NCBI RefSeq assembly: GCF_001194135.2
Contig: NC_068988.1
Span: 30,342,218-30,378,923, forward strand
DNA: 36,706 nt
Direction of reading: 5' to 3'
DNA from: Octopus bimaculoides
Lineage: Eukaryota
Part shown: positions 12,172-22,959 of the stretch, in pieces
Numbering within the stretch: the stretch's first letter is position 1
How the letters are laid out: each line of letters opens with the position of its first letter
The notes under the pieces: generated by a model
Databases searched by the model: none
What the model saw: the letters and a program-made list of their open reading frames with translations, nothing else
What the model was told of the DNA's origin: nothing
Program-made: the position numbers and the translations under genes

Positions 12172-12485
12172 TTGGTCTAGCCTAGTAGTTAGATTGCTGC
12201 ACTCACAATCGCAAAATCAAAGTTTCGATTCTTGGATCAGGCAGTGTATTGTGTTCTTGAGCCAAACAATTCGTCTCAATGTAGCCCTGCAACCACTTCG
12301 ACAACTGACGTGTGGCACACCATGCACTTGTACAAGCAATGTCAATTTGATGGAGAGAGAGCGAGAATACGTAGAGCAGAAACACTTGATCAGTAGAAAC
12401 AAATCATCCGTGCAGATTGTTCAGCAACAAGTTGTGGAAACTTCATCAAATGCTTACAACAGGAGACTCCACCATATCAAGTAGG
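12172..12485 (+). mobile_element. Distinct tRNA-headed SINE-like element (family D)
   Basis: TAGCCTAGTAGTT A-box-like, GTTTCGATTC B-box-like, then GTGTTCTTGAGCCAAAC CORE-like segment. Single copy in window; explains ORFs 12194-12484, 12203-12385 and 12217-12402. Confidence 0.45.
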
Positions 12486-12924
12486 CACACCGTGTATGTA
12501 TTCTAAGACCAAGATACACAGCTAAATTAAATCAGAATATTTAATGCAAGTGATTAATTCACAAACCAGTGTTCTCTTATTCTTAGTAAATCTTTATTCC
12601 AAAAAGAAAAAAAAAAGCAGAAGTCTTAATTATATCTGAATATCATGCACAATTCAAAACAAAGCACATTGATGTCAAATTGTAATCACAAACAAACCAC
12701 TAATTAATTTTGTGATTAAATTTAATTAGCTGAGCACTTCTTGAAGATATTAAAATGTCTTATAAATACAACTCATTTAAAACTGATTTTTCTTTCACTT
12801 TTACTTTGCAAGTCATCAGAGAATCCTAATGAAATCAGCATACATTTTTTTTCCTTTGTAAATTATTAACAAATACTATTTAAAATATCAAACTAATTTT
12901 TGCTTCAGTTTTAATTCTAATAAT

Positions 12925-13143
12925 TATTTCTACTCTAGGCACAAAGCCTTGAAAACTTTTGGGAGTAAGGGGGCTAGTCAATTATATTGATCCCAGTGCA
13001 TAACTGGTACTTATTTCATTAACCCCGAAAGGATGAAAGACGAAGTCGACCTAGGCGGAATTTGAACTCTGAACGAAGCAGCAGACGAAATACTACTAAA
13101 CATTTTGCCCGGCGTGCTAAAGATTCTGCCAGCTCACTGCCTT
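12925..13143 (-). mobile_element. SINE family B, full length with 18-bp target-site duplication
   Basis: Minus strand begins AAGGCAGTGAGCTGGCAGAATC (A box) and has GAGTTCAAATTCC (B box). AGTTTTAATTCTAATAAT occurs on both sides (12907-12924 and 13144-13161). Confidence 0.9.
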
Positions 13144-13236
13144 AGTTTTAATTCTAATAATGCTAATAACTTAGAAAACTAATTTAAGACCAAATAGTTA
13201 GATACTATAAAGAGAAATTAAAAACTGAATATCCAC

Positions 13237-13700
13237 TCATCATCATCATCATTTAACGTCCATTTCCATGCTAGTATGGGTTGGATGGTTCAATAGGAGC
13301 TGGCAAGGCTGGAGAGCTGCACCAGGCTCCAGTCATCTGCTTTGGCATAGTTTCTATGGATGGATGCCCTTCCTAACACCAACCACTTCACAGGGTGTAC
13401 TGGGTGCATTTTATATAGCACCAGCACAGGTGCAATTTATGTGGCACTGGAACAGGTGCTGTGTACATGGTACCGGAGGGGTTGCCAAGTAGCTTAGAAG
13501 AGAAAGACCTCTCAGCTGAGAGAAGTGGCTGTGAGCCAGGTTAGAGTATAATAGAAGGACAGAGATAGTCGTCTTTCTATAGAAGGGATATTTGGCTACC
13601 CCAGGAGAAGGAGAGAGAGAGAGAGAGAATTAGTGAAAGTTAAAGACAGTCAGAGTGAGAGAGAGAGAGACAAAGAGATGGTGTTGGAAATGTAGAGGGG
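13237..13700 (-). mobile_element. Family M element with 5' extension homologous to 10560-10800
   Basis: (CAT)n tail, TTTAACGTCCATTTCCATGCTAGTATGGGTTGG, GGATGCCCTTCCTAACACCAACCAC, ~3 internal repeat units, then a purine-rich extension. Confidence 0.75.
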
Positions 13701-13989
13701 GATGCTCCATAAGAGTGTGAGCAGAGATGTTGAGATGGAGAAGATATGGCTGTAGCAAGTGACCGCGAGAGAACATGAAATGGCTGAGAGGAGTGGGGGG
13801 GGGGATATATTTATATATATAAAAAAAAAGATATGAAATATGAATTGGCTAATAGGACACAAGCTTGGAGAATTTAAATTGCATTTGTAGAACAGATGCA
13901 TTGACAAAAGTGAATGGAGAAAAAAAAAAAAAGAAAGAAAAAGAGCTATGTGTTTCGAATTTTCAATTCCCTCTTGACTGGCTTCTCTG

Positions 13990-14146
13990 TAGACATATCT
14001 GGTCATGGAGAAACATTAGCTTGCTTGGAAACAGGTGATGGTTGGTGACAGGAAAGGCATCTCGCTGTTGAGGCAGATTTTCTACAGTGAAATGCCCTTC
14101 CTGTCACCAATATCTACCTGTTTCCAAGCAAGGTAATGTCTCCTCA
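13990..14146. mobile_element. Family C (Meta-domain) fragments fused in inverted orientation
   Basis: CTTGCTTGGAAACAGGTGATGGTTGGTGACAGGAAAGGCAT (14020-14060) pairs with ATGCCCTTCCTGTCACCAATATCTACCTGTTTCCAAGCAAG (14092-14132). Confidence 0.8.
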
Positions 14147-14628
14147 NNNNNNNNNNNNNNNNNNNNNNNNNNNNNNNNNNNNNNNNNNNNNNNNNNNNNN
14201 NNNNNNNNNNNNNNNNNNNNNNNNNNNNNNNNNNNNNNNNNNNNNNNNNNNNNNNNNNNNNNNNNNNNNNNNNNNNNNNNNNNNNNNNNNNNNNNNNNNN
14301 NNNNNNNNNNNNNNNNNNNNNNNNNNNNNNNNNNNNNNNNNNNNNNNNNNNNNNNNNNNNNNNNNNNNNNNNNNNNNNNNNNNNNNNNNNNNNNNNNNNN
14401 NNNNNNNNNNNNNNNNNNNNNNNNNNNNNNNNNNNTAATAGCCTCACTAGAAATTTCTGACGCAAACCTTTATAGTCATTGAAATGACCCCATGCAATCA
14501 GCCTACAGTAAGTCAGAAATCCTTCGATCACTTTTAGATAAGCTGAAAAAAATAGTAATAAAAATTCAGTTGAACTCAGTCATTCAAATACAATCAAGAA
14601 TTTCTAATATAAAAAATAAATTTTTTAT

Positions 14629-15054
14629 AGGTGTAGGAGTGGCTGTGTGGTAAGTAGCTTGCTTACCAACCACATGGTTCCGGGTTCAGTCCCACTGCGT
14701 GGCACCTTGGGCAGGTGTCTTCTACTATAGCCTCGGGCTGACCAAAGCCTTGTGAGTGGATTTGGTAGACGGAAACTGAAAGAAGCCCGTCGTATATATG
14801 TGTATATATATATGTGTATGTATATATATATATATGTATGTGTGTGTATGTTTGTGCGTCTGCGTTTGTCTCCTCAACATCGCTTGACAACCGATGCTGG
14901 TCTGTTTACGTTCCTGTAATTTAGTGGTTCGGCAAAAGAAACCAATAGATTAAATACTAGGCTTACAAAGAATAAGTCCTGGGGTTGATTTGCTCTACTA
15001 AAGGCGGTGCTCCAGCATGGCCACAATCAAAATGACTGAAACAAGTAAAAAGAG
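14629..15054 (+). mobile_element. SINE family A, full length (tRNA head, CORE-like segment, internal TA/TG microsatellite, unique tail); probably an octopus OK/OR-type SINE
   Basis: GGAGTGGCTGTGTGG A box, GGGTTCAGTCCC B box, GGCACCTTGGGCAGGTGTCTT; tail ...GGCGGTGCTCCAGCATGGCCAC...TGACTGAAACAAGTAAAA. More than 15 related fragments in the window. Confidence 0.92.
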
Positions 15055-15335
15055 TATAGTAAGGTGTAAACAAATAATTTGTTAGAAAGCTGAGGAAACA
15101 TAAGAGAAATATTTCCATTTCTTAAATTTTCAGAGACAAATGCTACAATCAAGTAAGAAGAACTGGCAATGGCTAATTTCACTTCCAGTCAGTTAGCACA
15201 TATAAGTGTATGGGCGTGTTAAGATAAAGAGCACATAGTATTCAAGAGTTACAGACTCTATGACATACAAACTATTAATAATTAATTCTTCACAGCTTCC
15301 ACACATGACCAATGCAATTACCCCTAAACCAATAT

Positions 15336-15725
15336 TCTTTTACTCTTTTACTTGTTTCAGACTTTTGACTGTGGCCATGCTGGAGCACCGCCTTTAGTCG
15401 AGCAAATCGACCCCAGGACTTATTCTTTGGAAGCCTAGTACTTATTCTATCGGTCTCTTTTGCCGAACCGCTAAGTTACGGGGTCATAAACACACCAGCA
15501 TCGGTTGTCAAGCTATGTTGGGGGGACAAACACAGACATACAAACACATACATATATACACATATATACGACAGGCTTCTTTCAGTTTCCGTCTACCAAA
15601 TCCACTCACAAGGCTTTGGTCGGCCCGAGGCTAAAGTAGAAGACACTTGCCCAAGATGCCACGCAGTGGGACTGAACCAGGGACCATGTTGTTGGTAAGC
15701 AAGCTACTTACCACATAGCCACTCC
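15336..15725 (-). mobile_element. SINE family A, full length
   Basis: Reverse complement of 14629-15054 along its length; a 48-nt perfect match between 14740-14787 and 15574-15621. Confidence 0.92.
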
Positions 15726-15784
15726 TTCAAAATAACACGTTTCCTTAATACTCAAAAAACATTGTCTGTACACACACAGGCTCC

Positions 15785-16015
15785 CATTTATCATCACCAT
15801 TTTCACGTCCACTTTTCTATACTCACATGGATAGGATGGAATTTGTCGAGGCAGGATGCCCTTCCTGTTGCCCACCATCACCTGTTCCCAAGTAAGGTAA
15901 TATTTCCCCCCAATGCTCCTGCAGAAGATTGGAAACAAAGGACACTGCTTGCATGGCTGTGACATTCGTTTACAGCTACCGCATGAAGTCAAGGCATGGA
16001 GAAAGTAACACACAA
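15785..16015 (-). mobile_element. Family C Meta-domain element
   Basis: GGATGCCCTTCCTGTTGCCCACCATCACCTGTTCCCAAG; tail on the minus strand AAAAGTGGACGTGAAAATGGTGATGAT. Confidence 0.7.
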
Positions 16016-16019
16016 ACAA

Positions 16020-16395
16020 CGGGCTTCTTTAAGTTTACCACTTGCTCACCGTACCATGCAGTGGGAGTGAACCTGGAATCATGTGGTTGGGAAGAAAACT
16101 TCTTACCACACAGCCACACCTGCACTCACTATTATATTGTAAATTTACACTTTTTACTTCATCCCTGTGAGGAAGCCCGTAGTATGTGTGTGTTTGTGCA
16201 TCTTTATACTCGTATTTCACCGCTTGACAAACGGTGTTGGTTTGTTTTCAACCCGCAACTTAACTGTTTGGCAAAAAAAAAAAAAAGAGACCGATAGAGT
16301 AAGTACCAGACTTAAATGTAAGTAGTGGGAGTCGATTCGATTGACCGTACCCCTGCATGGCCGTAGTCCAATGACTGAAACAAGTAAAAGAATAA
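16020..16395. mobile_element. Two SINE family A fragments (minus head 16020-16125; plus 3' half 16165-16395)
   Basis: GTGGGAGTGAACCTGG...CTTACCACACAGCCACACCT and CGCTTGACAAACGGTG...ATGACTGAAACAAGTAAAAG. Confidence 0.75.
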
Positions 16396-17506
16396 AGACA
16401 ATAGACTGATATTTCACAAATAATAAATAGAACAGGTTACAACAAAAGAAGTCTAGTTTTAAGTATAGAATGTGGAAAAATCTAGCTTGACTCGGAGGAA
16501 ATCAGAAAACCTCACCCGACTCAAATGAAAATGAGTTTGTTTATTAAAGTGAAAATATTCAAAATAAAAGAGTTATCCACCCTTGAGATGATTTTTAAAG
16601 CCCAACTTGGGTCAACATGGATTGTTTATTTATTACTAAATAATAATAGATTGATTGAAGTTATTTGTGAAATGAAGGGTCACTAATGGAATTAGTCTCT
16701 TTTGTGGATAGGATATATAAAAGATAACTTGAGAGAAATCGGAGGAAGATTATTAAATGTAAGCAAAAACTTACAGCACAGGGATGTGCAATATTATTAT
16801 TTTTTTTTTTTACATGAACAGCTGAATGTTTTGCTAGATGATAACAAGCAAAATTAGGGATGTTGATTTGATAATAATAAAACTTCATTTCAGAAATTAA
16901 AAGCATAAACATAGATTTGATTCCAAAAATTTGTTGGATACAAATGCTGAAAGTGAAAGAGTCAGAACTAACAGGTGAATATTAAATTCTAACTTTTGGA
17001 AACACATAGATCCCAAGCTGCAAAGGAATCGCAGATTTATTTAAACAGTTCACAATAAACCTTTTTTTTTTTGATGATTAAAAAATTTTTTTTAATACAA
17101 TTCAAAGATAGAGATTTTGTATGGTGCAAGGAATCTAGAATCCAGACGTCTTTGAGTTAACAGAAGTAAAATGTAACTCATGATACGGGACAATCTATAA
17201 GATTACCTTAAGAAAAAGAAGTCAGTATGAAAGATAACATTATAAATTGGCAATAATTTAAAATTATTGAATTAAGTAGTTTATTCGGCCAATACGATGT
17301 TATCAATATGTACTTAAAGCCACTGAACTGGATGAAGAAAATACAGCCATTTATATTTAATTCCTTAAGATATCAGAAAAATGACTTGGTAAACAGAAGA
17401 TCGTGTTTATAAGCGTAATAAAGATATCTATTAATTGTTAAAACTTAAATAACAATTAAAGACTTGACGAAGCTTACGTGACAAAATGACAACGGAATGT
17501 ACTTAC

Positions 17507-17549
17507 GCCTATATTCCGCCATCAAACGTCTCAGAGCAGATCCTGCCAT
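17507..17549 (-). CDS. UBE2G2: First coding exon of ubiquitin-conjugating enzyme E2 G2 (Ubc7 orthologue)
   Basis: Reverse complement reads aaaATG GCA GGA TCT GCT CTG AGA CGT TTG ATG GCG GAA TAT AGG C|gtaagt = MAGSALRRLMAEYR(Q). This matches the UBE2G2 N-terminus (human MAGTALKRLMAEYKQ), with a 43-nt coding exon and phase-1 donor as I recall for human. Perfect GTAAGT donor at 17506-17501. Too short for the ORF track. Confidence 0.9.
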
Positions 17550-17850
17550 TTTTCACTTGTTATCAAATTTGTTTTTCTCTCTTCAAAATTTCATTCCTTG
17601 TTTACGCCTGTCGATGTGTCGTCAGTGTAAATCTTAAACAACCTATTTGTAACAAGAGCACGGACATCACCGTGACACCGCCATTACAAATAGGAAGTAC
17701 AACCGCAGTCGTCGAGTAAGAGCGAGATGGTGATTAGTCAGTTTGGAAATATGTTTAAATTACTGGCCAATCAGCATCGAGCTTTTAGAACGCAGTCACA
17801 ACGGCGCATTAGCTGTGTAATCGAAGAGCCGGTGATTTTGTGTCTTCGTC
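17550..17850. promoter_or_regulatory. UBE2G2 5' UTR and putative bidirectional promoter
   Basis: CpG-rich relative to flanks; YY1-like CCGCCATT (~17678), ETS AGGAAGT (~17692), GGCCAATCAG CCAAT box (~17765); lies between divergent start codons. Confidence 0.5.
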
Positions 17851-18939
17851 TGTTAAGAGACGTATGAGCAGATTCCTAAGCGTAATACTCTGTTTTCCCG
17901 TATTCGCTGCAACGGAAAAGGAAAAATTGAGAGGGAAAACTAAAAAGAAAAAAAAAAGATTGGAATATAGTTCCCTCAACGCGAAAACTTCCATTGATTG
18001 CACCGGTTTTTGAACAATCGAAAACCCTAAACTTCCTAAAAGGACGTATCGATGGCCGGAGGCGGCTCTTACAGAAATCTATTTAATTTTTCATCGACTA
18101 ATTATCTATTCTGGGAGGAAATTTGGTTTCCCAGTTCGAGCAAAAAGAAGACTGGAGTAGTGGTTGTATATTGTGAATAAGAACCGAAGACGCAGGACGA
18201 CTAATTCGTCGTGGAAGAATCCTCATTTAATTCGAGATATCTTCATCTACAAACACGAACAAACTCTATCATTTAGATAAGTCATTCTTATTGCCGGAAA
18301 AAAAAAATCACATCTTCATAACAGAAAAACGAAACTGACATTTTTCTTTTAATAATTTCATTATATTTAAAATTAATTCATCGTTTATTTAAATATCTGC
18401 ATACAAGATTTATTTAAGCAAGAAAGAAAAAAAAACAACCAAAACATATTATATTTATATATCCATATATATATATAATCGGATTATCATCTCAACATCT
18501 CTATGCATCATCTTTCGACTTGGATGTTTTCGGGGTTTTCTTTCTTGTTAATATAAAACTTGTGTGCGAACGAAACGAAACTCGATGGTGTTGTTGTTAC
18601 TAAACATGTTTTTGTAAACATAATACTAATACACACAATAGTGTATCTAGTTTTAGTGACGATCTCATGTCGATGAAGCACATAAACAAACCTAGCAGTC
18701 AATCAAGGAGGCTTTCTCACTGAAGGCAGCAAAGCACTTCATACGAATCAGGAAGATAAACCATATCTTTTATTCATTTTTCTTTTTTTTCCATTTCTCT
18801 CTTTATCCTCCTCCTATAATTCTCACTTCACCTAATTCGGTGAGATTTTTTAAGTTCTTCATCTGAAATTTCAACATTCATATTGCTTTTAAAGCTCGGA
18901 TCTACCACAGAAGAATTTATTATCGAGTTGAGATATTAT

Positions 18940-18969
18940 ATGATGGCTAATGACGATGTTAAATGGGAG
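18940..18969 (+). CDS. Candidate exon end of an unidentified plus-strand gene or uORF (MMANDDVKWE, phase-0 donor)
   Basis: ATG ATG GCT AAT GAC GAT GTT AAA TGG GAG|gtaagc, a strong donor at 18970, with an in-frame upstream stop. The peptide is too short to identify. Confidence 0.4.
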
Positions 18970-19071
18970 GTAAGCTATTATTTACCAAAAAATGATTTCC
19001 TTCTCATTGTTTCTTCATTTCTTCCTTTCTTTTCTGTTCTCATTTTTTGTTACAACCCATAATGTAAAGCA

Positions 19072-19172
19072 ACCCACGTGACCGCAGTTTATTCTTCTAA
19101 TTGGCTGCTTTCACCGCGTGACCTTCTGTTGCGGTTTTGATTGGTCAGTAACGGCGCGCTTAATTTAAATCC
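19072..19172 (+). promoter_or_regulatory. Motif cluster: E-box, two reverse CCAAT boxes, CDE/CHR-like tandem
   Basis: CACGTGAC ~19075-19082; ATTGG at 19100 and 19140; GGCGCGC 19153-19159, 4-nt spacer, TTTAAA 19164-19169; 65 nt upstream of the ATG at 19234. Confidence 0.45.
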
Positions 19173-19217
19173 CCTAATTCACCGATTGTTGCTTGTTTTG
19201 TTTTTTAATGCTTATAG

Positions 19218-19254
19218 TTTATTAAATCCAACCATGGCGAGCTCACCTCTGAAG
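19218..19254 (+). CDS. Candidate 37-nt micro-exon carrying start codon of an unidentified gene (MASSPLK from 19234)
   Basis: Pyrimidine tract ttgttttgttttttaatgcttatag| acceptor at 19217; ccaaccATGG Kozak at 19234; AAG|gtaatt donor at 19255. No downstream exon recognised in the window. Confidence 0.5.
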
Positions 19255-21726
19255 GTAATTGGGTTTTAATATTACTTCTTCGTAACCTGATATATATTTA
19301 TAGATCTCAATTGTTTTCGATCTTCATTCATGATTACGATTTCTTTTTTTTTTTTGACTGGGAAGAGAGACAATTGATTCAATGAGATCAAAAGCTGTCA
19401 TCTGTTTATAATTTTTTTTAATTGAATAACTTCGATCTAATCAATGTAATTTCATTATTATTATTATGTAAACTTACTATCTTCACTCGTAGAAACAAAC
19501 TCAAACGACGACCGATCAGATTCAACTGTCATTGAATTTAAATTTACACTTTAAAAAATGGCTGAATCAAACGCTTAAATACATTCAAATAATAATGAAT
19601 GCATGTCTTTATTAAAAAGAAAAAAAATCACATGAAGATTTGCATTTTTTTAATTGTCGCAAGTCAGCTCTGATCGAGCAGTTTTATGAAGATCAGATGC
19701 ATTCTAATCATAACTATCCCTTCTGCCTTAGTACTGTATCGGTGACCCCTTCATATTAACGGTTGGTATCCGAGAAGAAATTGCAGTCATAAACCAGTTA
19801 ACAATGATAGATTGACAGTTAAAAGTTAGAGCTTCTAAAGAAATAAACAAGAGTATTTGATCGAATTTTGACAGTCCTGAGAGGTACCGAAAGAATGCCT
19901 TTTAAAAGATCTAGTATAGCTTGATCTAATAGTAACGGCGCCAATTTCTTGTATAAATGACGAAGCAGCCCGATTCAAATACTGCTCTATTAGGGGTTAA
20001 AGGGCACTGTATACTTGAAGATTTTTCTCCTTTATTTAATTATGTTCATCTATTTCATTTACAGTCGTAATATGAAGGAGGGTCATCGGTTATGCAATGT
20101 GTCCTTTCCTAAGACTGATTTTCAGGGAGATGTTGGCCGCGATTTATGATAACAGCTCAAACGGTCATCAACAGTTTATCCAAATCTCCGGATAATCGTT
20201 AAGTAATTCTTGTTTTAAAAGAACATATGAACTAATTGATGTTAAGGATGATCTAATAATTCTTTTTGCATGGCTATCTATTACAATTTAAACAATTTTG
20301 AACGAGATCTTGGGTTTTTGTCAAATTTAAAAGATAAGGTATTCCCAGCTCTTCACTAATTTTTTCACTTGAAACAATGTTAAATCATAAAAATAGATAT
20401 TTTGCCTCAAGTTTTATTTGGACAAACGGTCCAAATTTTACAATTATTTAGTCTTCAATGCTTGAACTTTTGAGTAAATGGTTGAGGGGGCATTGAAAGA
20501 GTGAGATAGAAACGAAATAGTGGTGATAAAAGATTCGATCATACATATATATATATCTGTTTCTGAGCTTTCTTCAACGATGTTGTTGCTATTTTTAATG
20601 TCTTCCGATGTTAGAGCGAATCGTTTACGTGTGTGTTATATTTACACACGCGTAATATGTTTTTAACAGTTGAACTCAATGTAGAAAAGCATATAAATAT
20701 TGGGTTAAAAAAGTCCTTTGGTCTGTTTAGCTTCAGATCAGCCCCTATTGATTAAGATCTACGCTCAGATCGTTTCAACCGCGACCATTTCCCTCTGTAG
20801 ACATTGTTTAGAGTGTCTGTCTTCTTTTAAGTCGACAGGATATATTTGAGTAGGGATCAAGACAAAACACTCTTGTCGCTCCAAATTTTTTTAAAGAAAA
20901 TAATGAAAACATTTATAATTTGCTAAAATAATATGAACAAATTTATCTTTTAATTTGGGGGGGGGCGGGCGAATTTTAATTATTTCGCATTTGTTTTTAA
21001 ATCCCAGGTGTTCTGATCTCATTTACGTTTTAAACATAGATTTTTTTTGTTCTTCACTCATTTGAGGAGATTTGGCTGCTATTTCTAGTAAGTCGAGCGA
21101 TCGCATAGGAGCTCCTTCGTAAATGAGGATATATATTAAAAACTTTAAAATAATTAATTGCGTGGCATAATGAATATACTGATTACAGGAAATTGGCTTA
21201 ATACAGACGTCCTGATCCGAAACTCGACCGACGAAGGATTGCAGGTGTAGGCAATCTTTCGTTTAATGTACATATAATGGCGGACAACAAAATGCGAGGA
21301 AATCAACTGGCCAAACCGTATCTTACACTGTGAGCCAGTTTTCGTTTCGTAAATCCCAACAACACTGTTTGTTATATATATATATACATATATGTATATA
21401 TATATATAAGAAGAACACAATCAAAAGAGACGTGGAGTTTCTTTCGTCAACCAAAAGTGAATATCACGCCTTGCATGGAAGACGCATCAGACAATCCTCT
21501 TAACAACAAGCACATTGTGTAAATCGTTAAGTGGGTTTATTATTTTTTTAAAGGGCCCCCGATCGTCGGCTTTAATTAAGACGACAATATTGTAATACTT
21601 CTAAATGAATTTACGTTTCTCCAATAAATCGAATCGAATATGCCATGGACATNNNNNNNNNNNNNNNNNNNNNNNNNNNNNNNNNNNNNNNNNNNNNNNN
21701 NNNNNNNNNNNNNNNNNNNNNNNNNN

Positions 21727-21759
<33 letters not shown>

Positions 21760-22959
21760 TTATTCTACATTTGTAAATTTAGAAGCTCAGCCCATCTTTG
21801 GGCTGCTTAGTGACCTACTTACCTTCCTTATCAAGAAGCGCGAATTTTGAATCTCCACAAACGTCTAAACGTACCTGATGAATAAATTGCCTTAAACTTA
21901 TTCATTAAACATTAACCAAAAATTTGAAATTTGTTACAGCTTTTTCCTTTCTCCTGTAACAAGTTTTGTTTCTTATCTTTCAAAATTTGTGCAGTAAGAC
22001 TTGTTTTAGTCACTGGACACCTTACACCATGGTTAACGCTTTATGATTTCATTAACGATCCTATTATATTACTACACATAATTGCGATCGTATATACTAT
22101 ATATATGAATTAAACTTATAAAATAACGAGAGAACGAATTTTGATGCTTGATTGAGACATATTAGGACACTATTAGTTTTATTCTATAATAGATTTTCTG
22201 TTGACATGTTTTTTACATTCAGTTTCTTTATCTCCTCTGTCTTTCCATTTACTTCGGTAAAAACTCCATTGATATTTTGGTTAGGTCTCAAGACAACAAA
22301 GTTGCATACACTATCGGCTGCTTCAGTGTATTTCTATATTACATAGAATAATTTCTAATACAGGCAGAAGGCCAGCCATTTTGGGGGAGATGCTGTGTAG
22401 CTAATTAGATTGAATTTCCCCCCGGATTTCATTTATTCATTGATCAAAGTTGTTGTGTATGGCAGAATCTGTAGAGCATCTGACCAAAATACTTGCCTAC
22501 CGTATGGTTACGTCCCTTTACTGTCTGAATTCGAGCCCCGATTTAGGCCAGTTGTCTTCCAGTAACGTTTCGATGTCGATAAAGTAAATACTGGAATCGA
22601 TACGATCGACAATCAGTGCTGGCCCAGTATAAATAATAAACATTGAACGTAGTTTATACGAAGTTTGGGAATGTGGGTGTGTCCTGTCCTGGTTTTTCTA
22701 GTGACGCACTGACCCGGAGGAGATTTATATATATATATATATATATTGCGGAGATGTACTTGCATAGCAAGTGACCTGATCTGAGATNNNNNNNNNNTTT
22801 TTTTGTGTGTTATTTTAAATGGCTTATAAACACCTTCCACGCTGCAATTGTATATATATATATATATATATAGATATATATATATATAAATTGAGGTATG
22901 AAGAGGAATTAGAGGTTGAATTTTGTGATAGAAGTACCCTAATTAAATTTATACATATG

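Larger units (their letters stand above)
1..17506 (-). other. UBE2G2: Probable intron 1 of UBE2G2 (at least 17.5 kb, unless exon 2 lies in an N gap)
   Basis: Follows the donor at 17506. Manual scan found no sequence encoding QLTLNPPEG, GPMNEENFFEW or HPN motifs on the minus strand; content is repeats and low-complexity DNA. Confidence 0.55.

Noticed and set aside
14629-14710. tRNA gene at SINE heads
   Set aside because: A and B boxes are present, but there is no complete cloverleaf and they run into SINE body; these are tRNA-derived SINE heads.
19234-19254. Naming the plus-strand gene SSU72 or GPD1L
   Set aside because: Seven residues are insufficient, the intron position differs from what I recall for the human genes, and no second exon was found.
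21277-21333. ATGGCGGAC-initiated 18-aa ORF (MADNKMRGNQLAKPYLTL*) as an alternative first exon
   Set aside because: Only a weak donor (CT|gtgagc), no recognisable homology or promoter motifs; cannot be supported.
21817-21825. Perfect minus-strand donor AAG|GTAAGT as an upstream UBE2G2 exon
   Set aside because: An isolated 9-mer is expected by chance, and UBE2G2 has its own promoter-like region at 17550-17850.
21875-21910. CTGATGA as a hammerhead ribozyme core
   Set aside because: No GAAA after the putative stem II and no stem III.
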